In this document: piece after piece, positions 40,471-50,164 of the stretch | Numbering within the stretch: position 1 is the stretch's first letter | Layout: each line of letters opens with the position of its first letter | Assembly (NCBI GenBank): GCA_026413625.1 | Contig: JAOAKO010000002.1 | Span: 6,623-70,622, forward strand | Direction of reading: 5' to 3' | Length of the DNA stretch: 64,000 bases | DNA from: Candidatus Micrarchaeota archaeon | GTDB lineage: Archaea; Micrarchaeota; Micrarchaeia; CABMEP01 | Translations under genes and position numbers: made by a program | The notes under the pieces: generated by a model | Seen by the model: the letters and a program-made list of their open reading frames with translations, nothing else | The model's database searches: none | Told to the model about the DNA's origin: nothing

Positions 40471-40935
40471 CTATTTGAGCACCTTCTCGAGCGTCCCTAT
40501 CAAGCTGTCAAGGAGAAGATTGTCCGCTCTTTTGATGACAGCAATCATCTTTCTTCGGGCAACCAGCGGAAATCTGTTTTCCAATATTTCGTCAATGGTT
40601 CTTATTTCCTTATCTTCAAAAACAGGCTTTCCGTCCTTTCCTCTATTCTTTGCATTTTTGAATATCTTTATTATTATTTTAAGGTCATCTGCGTTCAAAG
40701 CCGCAAGCTCTATTCCTGTAGACAACCCTTGGACAAATATGATGTCGCGCTCTATCCCGTCCGCCATCAATCTTTTTACATGGGTGTATTCAGCAGGCGC
40801 AAGCTTTCCCTTGATAAGCGTAAGAACAGATTTGATAATGTCCAATCTTTTTCTGACCTCTCTTTTCGCATCCTTCTTAATATCTTTTTTCTCCTTAAAC
40901 ATCTCGGCCATAAATCCACCTATATTTGTATACAT
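40471..40935 (-). CDS. hypothetical protein
   Basis: 154 aa charged alpha-helical ORF. No motif recognised. Start may be the Met at 40911. Confidence 0.35.
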   Translation of the reverse strand: MYTNIGGFMAEMFKEKKDIKKDAKREVRKRLDIIKSVLTLIKGKLAPAEYTHVKRLMADGIERDIIFVQGLSTGIELAALNADDLKIIIKIFKNAKNRGKDGKPVFEDKEIRTIDEILENRFPLVARRKMIAVIKRADNLLLDSLIGTLEKVLK

Positions 40936-40977
40936 TATAGTTCAAATTTTAATACTTTTCTAAGTTAGGTTAGCGTG

Positions 40978-43461
40978 TTAAATTTCTAAATATATTGCAG
41001 GCTTTCCAGGCTTTGCCTTTTGCGCCTTATTTTGCGGATCGTATTTTTCTTTTTCATTTACGGCATACACCTGAATATCCATTTCAATGCTTCGCTTAAC
41101 CATCTCTAGATTATCCATATATCCTTGTTTTTCGTTAGGCAAGCAGTATACGTAAGCCTTCTTTATCTTAGCTCCTTTACCTTTTATCAATTTAGCAACA
41201 TTGTTTATGTCTGCGGCAAGGTTCTTTGCCATCTGCTCTTCCTTTTCATACTGGAGATTAATTTTATTTTCGTCTGCCTTTGGCCATTCCGACAGCGAAA
41301 TAAACTCCTTTCCGCTTTTGTTATTCCCGATCTTTTCCCAAAGCTCTTCCGTAATATGCGGGCAGAAAGGATGTAATAACTTAAGAAATGAGGAGAGCAC
41401 ATCCTTGCTTTCTGTTTTTTCCTCCTTGTCTTCAAGGTATTCGAAGAACTGCCTAAGCTTAATGACTGCAATGTTGTACTTGAATTCTTCAACCGAAGAA
41501 GTAACTTCCCTTATTAGGATATTAAGCTTGCTTTCTGTTTTTTTATCGCTCATCCCGATTTTCACATTTGAGAAATAGAGCTTTATTCTTTCAACGAATC
41601 TATAAGAAGACTGGATCGTTTCGTCGCTCCAGATGAAATCCTTGTCGGGCCCTGCAGTTGAGACAAGATAAATTCTAAGGGTGTCAACATTGTACTTTTC
41701 TATCATTTCAAGAGGGTCCACCACGTTTCCTCTCGATTTGCTCATTACAACTCCATCAGGGCCGTGCACCATTCCCTGGTTAAAAAGCCTTTTCACAGGT
41801 TCCCTGTAATTTATCAGCCCTATGTCTCTAAGGAATTTTGTGTAAAATCTGAAGTATATCAGGTGCATACAGGCGTGCTCTGCTCCTCCGATATAGGTGT
41901 CAACAGGAGTCCAATACGACGCCTTTTCTTTGCTGAATATCTCCTTCTCATTATTCGGGTCGGTGTACCTAAGGAAATACCAGGAAGAATTAACAAAAGT
42001 GTCCATCGTATCTGTTTCTCTTCTTGCGGCCCCTCCGCATTTCGGACACTTTGTCCTTATGAATTCTTCATTAGTGAGCAAGGGATTGCCCTCCCCAAAT
42101 CTTACTCTTTCCGGAAGCGTAACGGGAAGGTCTTCTTCAGGCACGGGAACAGTTCCGCACCTTTCACAATATATTATGGGTATCGGGGTGCCCCAGTATC
42201 TCTGCCTTGATATCAGCCAATCTCTCAGCTTATACATGATAGCTTTTTTCCCGATTCCTTTCTTGCTAAGATACTCGGTTATTTTGCCAATCGCCTCTCT
42301 GCTATTCATTCCGGTAAATTGTTCGGAATTAACAAGATTCCCTTCTTCCGTGTATGCTCTCTTCATTTCTTCAGCTTTCAGCTCCCTATCCTTTGGCTGG
42401 ATTACCACTTTTATCGGAATGCTGTATTTCTTGGCAAACTCAAAATCCCTTTGATCGTGGGCCGGAACAGCCATAACCATTCCGCTTCCATACTCCGCAA
42501 CTACAAAGTTGCCCGCATATACGGGAATCTTTTCCCCTGTAAGCGGATGTAGCGCATAGCTTCCGGTGAACACGCCTTCCTTTTCCATTGTCTCAATGTC
42601 TTCTTCTTTGACTGTTTTCAATGACTTAATGTATCTGTCAACCGATTCCCTGTTCTCCGGCGTTACCAATTCATAAAGGTGGGGATGGTGCGCAGAAATT
42701 ACAAGGAAGGTGACGCCGTAAATAGTGTCAGGCCTTGTGGTGAATATCCTCCAAGGCTTTCCGTTTATCATAAACTGAATTTCAGTTCCTTCGCTTTTTC
42801 CTATCCAGTTTTTCTGCATTGCCTTTATTCTTTCAGGCCATTCCTTGAGGTTGTCTATTTCGTTGTACAACTCCTCGACATAGTCGGTTATTTTAAAGAA
42901 CCACTGCTCAAGGTATTTTATTTCGACGTCTGTATCTTTGTGCCTCCAGCATTTGCCATCGTGAATCTGCTCATTCGCAAGCACAGTCTGGCACTTAGGG
43001 CAATAGCTGACAGGCGCCTTCTTTTTGTACGCCAATCCCTTTTTGAACATCTGCAAAAATATCCACTGGTCCCACTTGTAGTATTCGGGAGTGTGGGTTT
43101 TAATTATTCTATTCCAGTCATAGCTAAGGCCGAGTTTTTTCTGCTGCCTTATAAAGTTAGAGATCGCTTTTTCGGTGTATTCCTTTGGATGGACGCCCTC
43201 TTTAATAGCTGCGTTTTCCGCAGGCAGTCCGAAGCTGTCGTACCCCATTGGATAAAGGACGTTATATCCGTTCATTCTTTTGTACCTTGCATAAATGTCT
43301 CCAATCGTGTAGTTAAAAGCATGTCCCATGTGCAAGCCAGAACCGGAAGGATAGGGGAACATCTCCAGGCAATAGAACTTCGGCTTTCGTGGGTCTTCGT
43401 GCACTTCAAATGCCATTTCTTCCTCCCATTTTCTCTGCCACTTCTCTGCTATTTCATCCAT
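40978..43461 (-). CDS. leuS: leucyl-tRNA synthetase, bacterial-type
   Basis: HMGHAFNYTIGDIYARYKRMNGYNVLYPMGYDSFGLPAENAA closely parallels bacterial LeuRS (HMGH...GWDAFGLPAE). KMSKS motif present. 827 aa. Confidence 0.8.
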   Translation of the reverse strand: MDEIAEKWQRKWEEEMAFEVHEDPRKPKFYCLEMFPYPSGSGLHMGHAFNYTIGDIYARYKRMNGYNVLYPMGYDSFGLPAENAAIKEGVHPKEYTEKAISNFIRQQKKLGLSYDWNRIIKTHTPEYYKWDQWIFLQMFKKGLAYKKKAPVSYCPKCQTVLANEQIHDGKCWRHKDTDVEIKYLEQWFFKITDYVEELYNEIDNLKEWPERIKAMQKNWIGKSEGTEIQFMINGKPWRIFTTRPDTIYGVTFLVISAHHPHLYELVTPENRESVDRYIKSLKTVKEEDIETMEKEGVFTGSYALHPLTGEKIPVYAGNFVVAEYGSGMVMAVPAHDQRDFEFAKKYSIPIKVVIQPKDRELKAEEMKRAYTEEGNLVNSEQFTGMNSREAIGKITEYLSKKGIGKKAIMYKLRDWLISRQRYWGTPIPIIYCERCGTVPVPEEDLPVTLPERVRFGEGNPLLTNEEFIRTKCPKCGGAARRETDTMDTFVNSSWYFLRYTDPNNEKEIFSKEKASYWTPVDTYIGGAEHACMHLIYFRFYTKFLRDIGLINYREPVKRLFNQGMVHGPDGVVMSKSRGNVVDPLEMIEKYNVDTLRIYLVSTAGPDKDFIWSDETIQSSYRFVERIKLYFSNVKIGMSDKKTESKLNILIREVTSSVEEFKYNIAVIKLRQFFEYLEDKEEKTESKDVLSSFLKLLHPFCPHITEELWEKIGNNKSGKEFISLSEWPKADENKINLQYEKEEQMAKNLAADINNVAKLIKGKGAKIKKAYVYCLPNEKQGYMDNLEMVKRSIEMDIQVYAVNEKEKYDPQNKAQKAKPGKPAIYLEI

Positions 43462-43499
43462 TTTACCACGCCATAGTTGGAACGCAAAAGCAACATAAA

Positions 43500-43585
43500 A
43501 GCAATATATAATATATAAATAGAAATGAATTTAATTCTATTTTACTAATGTATTTAAGATATTGCCGCTCATTTCAAGTGATTAG
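43500..43585 (+). promoter_or_regulatory. putative archaeal promoter region (TATA-like boxes) ahead of the eight-gene membrane-protein operon
   Basis: Extremely AT-rich 86 bp between divergent leuS and paralog A, with ATATATAA and TTTAAGATA elements 25-80 bp upstream of the ATG. No experimental TSS. Confidence 0.25.
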
Positions 43586-45241
43586 ATGGTAGCAACGCTG
43601 CAGGAAATATTAGATCATTCGATAGCTACAGTTTTTAATACAGACTGGTTCGGAACATCGATATTAGCCCTTATTCTTTCTGCAGCTTTAAGCGCATTGG
43701 CATGGATGCTTTCTTCCGCGTTTCAATCAAACGAACTTAAGGGATGGGCCAGAAAAGAGCTAAGCGAATTCATAGTTTCAGCCTTGATCCTTGTTTTAAC
43801 AGTTCCTTTACTTATGGTTATTACAGGCATAACAATTGCATATGCAACAAGCGCTGATCCAAACATACAATACGGAAAAGCAGATCCCTTCTCCATTGCC
43901 AAAAGTTATTTGGATAAAGTTGAGCAACAATTGGTTTCGGTTTATACAGAAGTTTCAGGTTCTATCATTGTACTGACCGCTATTTCTTCTTTTAGCATAG
44001 ACCTTGGGCTGATAGCAAAGCTGTTGATCACTTTTCTGGCGTCTTTATTTTCCGGGGGAGCTGCAGCGATACCCGCATTCTTTACCAAATTCAGCGTTTT
44101 AATCGGAATGGGATCTCCATTTTCAACAATAACGAATTTTCTTGAAACAATCCAGTCTGCAATGATTGTAATACTCCTGGCCTTTTTTGTGCAAAAGGAA
44201 ATTTTATTTTTTATACAGGCGGCGGCATTGCCTGTATTGATGCCAACAGGAGTGCTGTTGCGCGCGTTTCCCTTGACTCGAAGAGCAGGCTCTACCTTGA
44301 TTGCATTGGCGCTGACATTGTTTATAGTCTATCCCTTGACTCTTGCGTTTGTTGGCCACATGTATGAAACCACGTATAATGCTGTGGTTTCGGAACAGCC
44401 AGCTCTGCAACCGCAAGGAGAGCTGCATCTTTTGGTAGAAAGGGAGCTTCCGTTATCGGGGGATTACTATCTTGACTATAAGCAGGAATTCAGATGGCTG
44501 ACATATTACAATATCACTTATTCCATATGGCACGATATTAATTGCAATCAGGCCGGCAGTTATTTTGATTCCCAGATAATGGGCAACAACCTGGCAATAC
44601 CTCCAGACAACCATAATTATTGGAGAATTACAAGCGAGGAAACGGTTTGGACTACAACGCCAGATGGAGTACCATTGCCGAATGTAATAACATCTTCAAA
44701 ATGCTATAAGAAGTTTATATACGGGGTTTCCGCAAGCAGTCAAACAATCGGATTCGTATTGACAAAAGATTATTATCCAGAAAAGGATTACAAAAACCAT
44801 TCCATAATACTGGTTGCAAAATTGAATGAAAACGCGCAGGCAATGCAAACAAATGTGGAAATATTCAATTTCTACCTAGGAAATCCATGTGAAAAATATC
44901 CGTTGCTATGCAAGCTTGGAATAGTCGGAGGGGAGGTTCCAATAAACGACGTGAGCTACGGTACAATCGCAATTGACGCCGCAATTTCAGGGTTGAAAGG
45001 AATGACTAAAACATTTGCAACAGTTGGCGGAAGAACGATTACAAACATCGGACTGACACCTTATGCCGCAGGATATGTGTTTTACGATTTCACAAACAGC
45101 CTGCCTTTGATGGTTCTTCCATTCTTGATTGTGCTATTCAGTTTTGTCGTAATACTTATGGTTTCAGTTTCATCTTTCAAGTCAATATCCACCACTCTAG
45201 GTGGGGAGACTAAACTTATAGAATTAGGCAGATTAATCTAG
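43586..45241 (+). CDS. paralog A of a novel polytopic membrane protein family (large extracellular insert)
   Basis: N-terminal TM then WARKEL amphipathic segment then TM. Central LMPTGVLLRAFPLTRRAGSTLIALALTLFIVYPLTLAF. C-terminal TM followed by LGGETKLIELGRLI. Shares three motifs with ORFs B-F. Confidence 0.7.
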   Translation: MVATLQEILDHSIATVFNTDWFGTSILALILSAALSALAWMLSSAFQSNELKGWARKELSEFIVSALILVLTVPLLMVITGITIAYATSADPNIQYGKADPFSIAKSYLDKVEQQLVSVYTEVSGSIIVLTAISSFSIDLGLIAKLLITFLASLFSGGAAAIPAFFTKFSVLIGMGSPFSTITNFLETIQSAMIVILLAFFVQKEILFFIQAAALPVLMPTGVLLRAFPLTRRAGSTLIALALTLFIVYPLTLAFVGHMYETTYNAVVSEQPALQPQGELHLLVERELPLSGDYYLDYKQEFRWLTYYNITYSIWHDINCNQAGSYFDSQIMGNNLAIPPDNHNYWRITSEETVWTTTPDGVPLPNVITSSKCYKKFIYGVSASSQTIGFVLTKDYYPEKDYKNHSIILVAKLNENAQAMQTNVEIFNFYLGNPCEKYPLLCKLGIVGGEVPINDVSYGTIAIDAAISGLKGMTKTFATVGGRTITNIGLTPYAAGYVFYDFTNSLPLMVLPFLIVLFSFVVILMVSVSSFKSISTTLGGETKLIELGRLI

Positions 45242-45248
45242 TGATGCA

Positions 45249-46127
45249 ATGAGCGGAACGTGTACAGCAGTAATAGACATCTGGCCGTTTATAGGCTTAG
45301 CGTCAGCTCTAACAATAGCCATAATAGCATTGCTATATTTGATAGGAAGAATAATGCAAAAGAGCGAGTTTGAGGCGGTTGCAAAAAAGGAATTGAACCA
45401 GTTCTTCCTTTCATTCTTAATAATATTGGGCGTTTTAGGCCTTGCAGGCATAGTGTGCAATGCAACTCCTTTGATAGCACAGGACATATTCGCAAGAGGA
45501 GATCACTTCTCAGTGTCTGAGGAATATCTCAATACGCTCGTCTATGGCAGAGGATTGCCGACAATCCAGAGGCTTTGGCTTTCATCGTTTATTTTGGAAT
45601 CTCTCTCAACAATCGAATATTCTACCATTCTGCCTTTAGGCAAGCTAAAATTCAGCCCTGGCGCAGTTCTTTTGCCTTTTGCAAAGTCAATAAGCGTATT
45701 TGATTCTCTTTTCACTATTTTAGTGGGAAGCATCCAGGCTCAGTTGGTCTTTTTGCAATTAGCCGAAGCATTTGCGCTTACACTTGTGCTGCCGATAGGG
45801 CTGATATTAAGGACCATACCTGGCTTAAGGAAAGGAGGCTCCTTCCTCATCGCTTTTTCATTTGGATTTTACGTGGTGTTTCCATTGACATATGTGATGA
45901 ACTATGCGATATATAGGCAAATAGATCCAAGCTTTGATTCATTGGTGCAATCGCCAATCTCTCCATTGGAAACGTTTAAACTTTCTTCAGATATCCTGTT
46001 AATATTTAAATATTTCAATGAATTTTCAATATTAATACCGCAGGCCACATTCCTTCCGATATTGAATCTTACCATAACCAGGTCATTTATAATCATATTT
46101 GCAAAATTCCTAAGCGATATTGAGTGA
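45249..46127 (+). CDS. paralog B, the shortest core of the same family
   Basis: AVAKKELNQF N-terminal motif. Central LVLPIGLILRTIPGLRKGGSFLIAFSFGFYVVFPLTYVM. Lacks the C-terminal KLI tail. 8 nt overlap with paralog C. Confidence 0.65.
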   Translation: MSGTCTAVIDIWPFIGLASALTIAIIALLYLIGRIMQKSEFEAVAKKELNQFFLSFLIILGVLGLAGIVCNATPLIAQDIFARGDHFSVSEEYLNTLVYGRGLPTIQRLWLSSFILESLSTIEYSTILPLGKLKFSPGAVLLPFAKSISVFDSLFTILVGSIQAQLVFLQLAEAFALTLVLPIGLILRTIPGLRKGGSFLIAFSFGFYVVFPLTYVMNYAIYRQIDPSFDSLVQSPISPLETFKLSSDILLIFKYFNEFSILIPQATFLPILNLTITRSFIIIFAKFLSDIE

Positions 46128-47304
46128 TAAGATGTTTGAATTATTATTTGCAGGATGGTTTCAACTGGCTGTTCTTGTAATATTCATCTCTTTGACTTTA
46201 GTTGCCATAATATACATGATTTCAAGCATGCTTCAGAATGATAACTTCAAGAAATGGGCTCAAAATGAATTATATCAAGTGCTGGCATCTGCGATGTTGC
46301 TTGGGTCGGTTTTCCTATTTTTAGGAATCATCGACAATATTGTTTTGAATCTGATCGCATTGATCAATCCAAGCCTCAATTTTCAATGCACCGGTTCGGT
46401 ATGCAGTTTCTCTGTAGAAAGATTCAATGAATTCGTGATAGGCCAGAATTTAGCTTCCCTTAAAATCGAGCGCATAGAATGCAACCAGGGATATTGCCAT
46501 ATTGAAGTTGCAAAGTCGCTTGTGAATAACTTCTATGACGTAATCAGATACTATACTGCAAACAAGATTGTCGACATAGGGTGGGTTTCCATATTCAGGT
46601 CCATGACAATCACCATCTATAATTCGTTCACTATTCAGCCTTTAGCGGGTCTGCAGCCTATCTTAGACATATACAAATCGTTCATCAGCTACATCGCATA
46701 TATCTTAATCTGGCTGAAAACAAACGAGATATTTCTGACATTCGTCTCAGTCGCGCTGTTTCCTTCATTTCTAGTTGCAGGAATAGCGCTCAGGTCCATC
46801 TCCATAATGAGAGGATTGGGAGGCTTGTTGCTTTCGATCGCGGTCGGGTCATTTTTTATATATCCGATGCTTCTGATTTTTGTTACCACAATCATATCCC
46901 CAGATCCGAATTATCACGTTATATCATTTTCAGATTCCAGCGGATTTGCAGCCAATATTCCGGAAATATCGGATAGCGGTTCGGCCGGTACTGGAAACAT
47001 AATATCCAGCAGATCAACAATAGACTCACAGAAGGAATCTGCAAACAGCTTGATCAGATTCTTTGAAAAGATGTTTTCCTTTGTATTAATCAAGCATGAG
47101 GACGGCTCCACATCCGACATATTTACTCATTTGATGTTTCGGACGATCGAGCCGGGGGGCTTCTTGGACAGCATAGCATTCTTATCCGTATGGGTGATAG
47201 TTCCTGCAGTGATTTCAATATACGGAACATTGGTGTTCATAAAAGAGTTTTCAACATTTTTAGGGGGAGATATAGACATAGCCGGGCTGTCAAAGTTAAT
47301 ATAG
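46120..47304 (+). CDS. paralog C of the same family
   Basis: KKWAQNELYQV. Central FLVAGIALRSISIMRGLGGLLLSIAVGSFFIYPML. C-terminal FLGGDIDIAGLSKLI. Confidence 0.7.
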   Translation: MSDKMFELLFAGWFQLAVLVIFISLTLVAIIYMISSMLQNDNFKKWAQNELYQVLASAMLLGSVFLFLGIIDNIVLNLIALINPSLNFQCTGSVCSFSVERFNEFVIGQNLASLKIERIECNQGYCHIEVAKSLVNNFYDVIRYYTANKIVDIGWVSIFRSMTITIYNSFTIQPLAGLQPILDIYKSFISYIAYILIWLKTNEIFLTFVSVALFPSFLVAGIALRSISIMRGLGGLLLSIAVGSFFIYPMLLIFVTTIISPDPNYHVISFSDSSGFAANIPEISDSGSAGTGNIISSRSTIDSQKESANSLIRFFEKMFSFVLIKHEDGSTSDIFTHLMFRTIEPGGFLDSIAFLSVWVIVPAVISIYGTLVFIKEFSTFLGGDIDIAGLSKLI

Positions 47305-47322
47305 CTTAACAACAGTGATAAT

Positions 47323-48474
47323 ATGGGGGAACTGAATTATAGAAATTTCATATTGGCATTTCTCCTTACTTTAAGTTCTATTCCTTTCTCATTTGCGCAG
47401 GATACAATTACTCTAAGAAACGTACCTTGGATGCTGACCGTAATCGCAGCCTTATTGGTTGTTTTGTCTTTAATTGTTATAGGATATTTATTCTCTAAAT
47501 TCTTTAATATAAAAGAGCTTGCATCATGGGCAAACAATGAGCTGTATCAGATAATAATGATGAGCCTGATCGTATTTTTCATATTCGGCTTGTTGAGGCT
47601 GGAAAGCTTCATATTCGAAGCATACGGCTTTACACCTTCTATGAGGGGGGAGAACCCTTCGATAGACAATGCTAAATTATATCTGAATTCAGTAAGGTCA
47701 TACTTAACTTTTGTTTTGGGCGGTTTGCTTATAGAGAAGAACGCGCTTTCGCTGTCAAACAGCCTCTTAGAGCAAGCCATTGACTCGGGAAGCAAGGGAA
47801 TACTAAAGGCATTGCAAAACAACAAATATTTCTCAGGATTTAAAATATTCAAGATAGACAACAAAGCGATTGCTAAATCATTCACAAATGTATTCTCTTC
47901 AGTTCTAGAAAAGGCGTTAGCCCCCTTTACATTTGTATACGCTTTCAATTCAATGCAACTTTACTTTCTTGAATTTATAGAGAGATATGCATTCCATTTC
48001 TTCCTTCCTTTCGGGCTTTTCTTTAGGGTGTTTAGCTTTAGTAGAAAGTTTGGAAACATCCTTATCGCACTTTCAATTGGATTTTATATTGTTTTCCCGC
48101 TAACATATCTTATAAGCCAAAGCATAGTGGATTCAGTTTTAAACTTCGGCAAAGTCGGAAACCAATACAGTTGGAAAGACATACTTGGAGCAAGAATGGG
48201 CCAAACGAACAACGCTGTAAGCGACCTTTCAGGCTCCAGTTGGGTTGACAGGCTAAAAGAAGAGTTAACTAGAGAAATCGCAAATCCAATCGCAAACGGA
48301 ATAAGCTTTGCTATAAAATTAGTTTTCGCCTTATTTAGCGAGGCGGCATTTGCATTTGTGCTATTCACTTTGGTGCCGATAATAGGTTTTACAATCACGG
48401 TAAGCGTTGTGAGGGATTTAGGTTCATTGCTTGGTTCAGATATCGCGGTGAACGATCTGCTTAAGATGCTATAG
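47323..48474 (+). CDS. paralog D of the same family
   Basis: ASWANNELYQI. Central FFLPFGLFFRVFSFSRKFGNILIALSIGFYIVFPLTYL. C-terminal LLGSDIAVNDLLKML. Confidence 0.7.
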   Translation: MGELNYRNFILAFLLTLSSIPFSFAQDTITLRNVPWMLTVIAALLVVLSLIVIGYLFSKFFNIKELASWANNELYQIIMMSLIVFFIFGLLRLESFIFEAYGFTPSMRGENPSIDNAKLYLNSVRSYLTFVLGGLLIEKNALSLSNSLLEQAIDSGSKGILKALQNNKYFSGFKIFKIDNKAIAKSFTNVFSSVLEKALAPFTFVYAFNSMQLYFLEFIERYAFHFFLPFGLFFRVFSFSRKFGNILIALSIGFYIVFPLTYLISQSIVDSVLNFGKVGNQYSWKDILGARMGQTNNAVSDLSGSSWVDRLKEELTREIANPIANGISFAIKLVFALFSEAAFAFVLFTLVPIIGFTITVSVVRDLGSLLGSDIAVNDLLKML

Positions 48475-48487
48475 TTGGTGAAAGAAT

Positions 48488-50116
48488 ATGTCAAATAAAG
48501 AACGATTCGTGTTCAAAATGCTAATAATGCTAACGCTAGCATCGGCATTCCTGCTTGCACAGGGAGAGTCTGATCCACTGAATAAAATAATCACTGCAGA
48601 TCAAAAGGCGTGCAATTTTATGCTTTCAACCGATGACTGGAGAATATTGAGCGCCATTGCATTGTTTTTGAGCGCTATGTTCATAGCGGGAATGTACATA
48701 TACGGTTCTGTAATAGACTCTTCATTTATAGATAGGGCGAAAACCGAATCTTATCAACTGGTGTTCACCGGAATTTTAATTGTTTTCTTCGGACTTATAT
48801 TATCTCTAATGTGCGGGGATTTTATTTCCAGCATTTTCCAGTCTCAAGGCTCTGCGTATGTGGCTTCCTATAATTACCTTAACACATTGGCAAAAGATTA
48901 CATACAAAAAACAACAATAAACCTTGCAATTGCAGCCTCAATACTTTCCCTGGTCAGCAGTACCGAGATAGAAGGCTACCAAAAGACGGGAACTTTGCTT
49001 TCCTGGATCTCCGATCCAATTTCGTTCTTTTCTGATTCGCTCTTCCTTTTGTTCGGCTCATTGGTATTTGCATACGTTGTAACAATAACTCAGATTAACA
49101 TACTTGCTATAATACCGTATCTTTCCCTAATGTTTTTCATACCTGTCGGGATGGTTTTCCGTTCGCTATATCCATTTAGAAAGTTCGGAGGCGCACTGAT
49201 AGGATTAGGAATCGGATTGTATGTATTTGTGCCGATAGTGCTGCTATTCAACAACATGATAATGCAGGTTTTCACACCGCCAGATCTAAGCTTCGAACCG
49301 CTTCAATTACAATGCATCGACAACAGCGATTGCTATTCGCATATGTGCGAATATTCCTCTCCGCCAGGGTTCAAAATATGCAAGCCGATGAAGAAGGCCG
49401 GGGAATTTTGTAATTCAAATTTCGAATGCAAATCGGGCATATGCGCCTTGACATCGACAGGTAGGAAATGCTTGGAATGCGGCATAGAAGGCTCGAACAA
49501 TCCGATATGCTGCCCAGGATTCATAAGAAACGAGTCAACAGGATTATGCGCATTCGCCAAATCAAGCAACGAGTTATGTAAAAGCGACAGCGAATGCATA
49601 TCCGGGCGATGCATTCCTTCAGTGAGCGAGACTACAGGCGACCTGCAAACCATATGCGCGCCTAAACTGAAGCTTGGCGAAAGATGCAATTCCGATAGCG
49701 ATTGCATCTCCAATTCATGCGGCGGAGTCGCACCGAATAAAGTATGCAAGAAAACGTTAGTAAATGAAGAGGATAAGCAGATCATACTTGCGAATTATGC
49801 AAACTATCTGAGCAAAGAGCCGAGCAGTTACGTCTCTTCGAATTATGAGGTTTCGGTTTCAGGCATGACCACTGCAAAAGCGGTGCTAGACCAAAGCACT
49901 GTTGAGCAATTTCTAAGTTCGGAATTAGACTTGGGCAAAGAAAAGGTGTCATTGGGGTTGCTTTATGATTTGATAATCGCGCCGATAGTTTTGGTATTTA
50001 TACTTGGCGTATTGCTTCCGCTCCTAAACATAACACTGATTTCAAAAGCAGTTTCAGACTTGTCTGAAACATTTGGCGCAGAAATAGAGATAGCTGAAAT
50101 ATGGAGACTAATATGA
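48488..50116 (+). CDS. paralog E of the same family, with a Cys-rich extracellular repeat insert
   Basis: RAKTESYQL. Central FFIPVGMVFRSLYPFRKFGGALIGLGIGLYVFVPIVLL. ~150 aa insert with four or more Cx5Cx4C repeats (CNSNFECKSGIC, CKSDSECISGRC, CNSDSDCISNSC). C-terminal FGAEIEIAEIWRLI. Confidence 0.7.
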   Translation: MSNKERFVFKMLIMLTLASAFLLAQGESDPLNKIITADQKACNFMLSTDDWRILSAIALFLSAMFIAGMYIYGSVIDSSFIDRAKTESYQLVFTGILIVFFGLILSLMCGDFISSIFQSQGSAYVASYNYLNTLAKDYIQKTTINLAIAASILSLVSSTEIEGYQKTGTLLSWISDPISFFSDSLFLLFGSLVFAYVVTITQINILAIIPYLSLMFFIPVGMVFRSLYPFRKFGGALIGLGIGLYVFVPIVLLFNNMIMQVFTPPDLSFEPLQLQCIDNSDCYSHMCEYSSPPGFKICKPMKKAGEFCNSNFECKSGICALTSTGRKCLECGIEGSNNPICCPGFIRNESTGLCAFAKSSNELCKSDSECISGRCIPSVSETTGDLQTICAPKLKLGERCNSDSDCISNSCGGVAPNKVCKKTLVNEEDKQIILANYANYLSKEPSSYVSSNYEVSVSGMTTAKAVLDQSTVEQFLSSELDLGKEKVSLGLLYDLIIAPIVLVFILGVLLPLLNITLISKAVSDLSETFGAEIEIAEIWRLI

Positions 50117-50164
50117 TTTAATATTTATGTTCAATATAAGTATAAATGCAAAAAGGAAGATAAG

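Noticed and set aside
41125-42552. Plus-strand ORFs overlapping leuS
   Set aside because: Antisense to leucyl-tRNA synthetase, which has intact HMGH and KMSKS motifs. No coding features.
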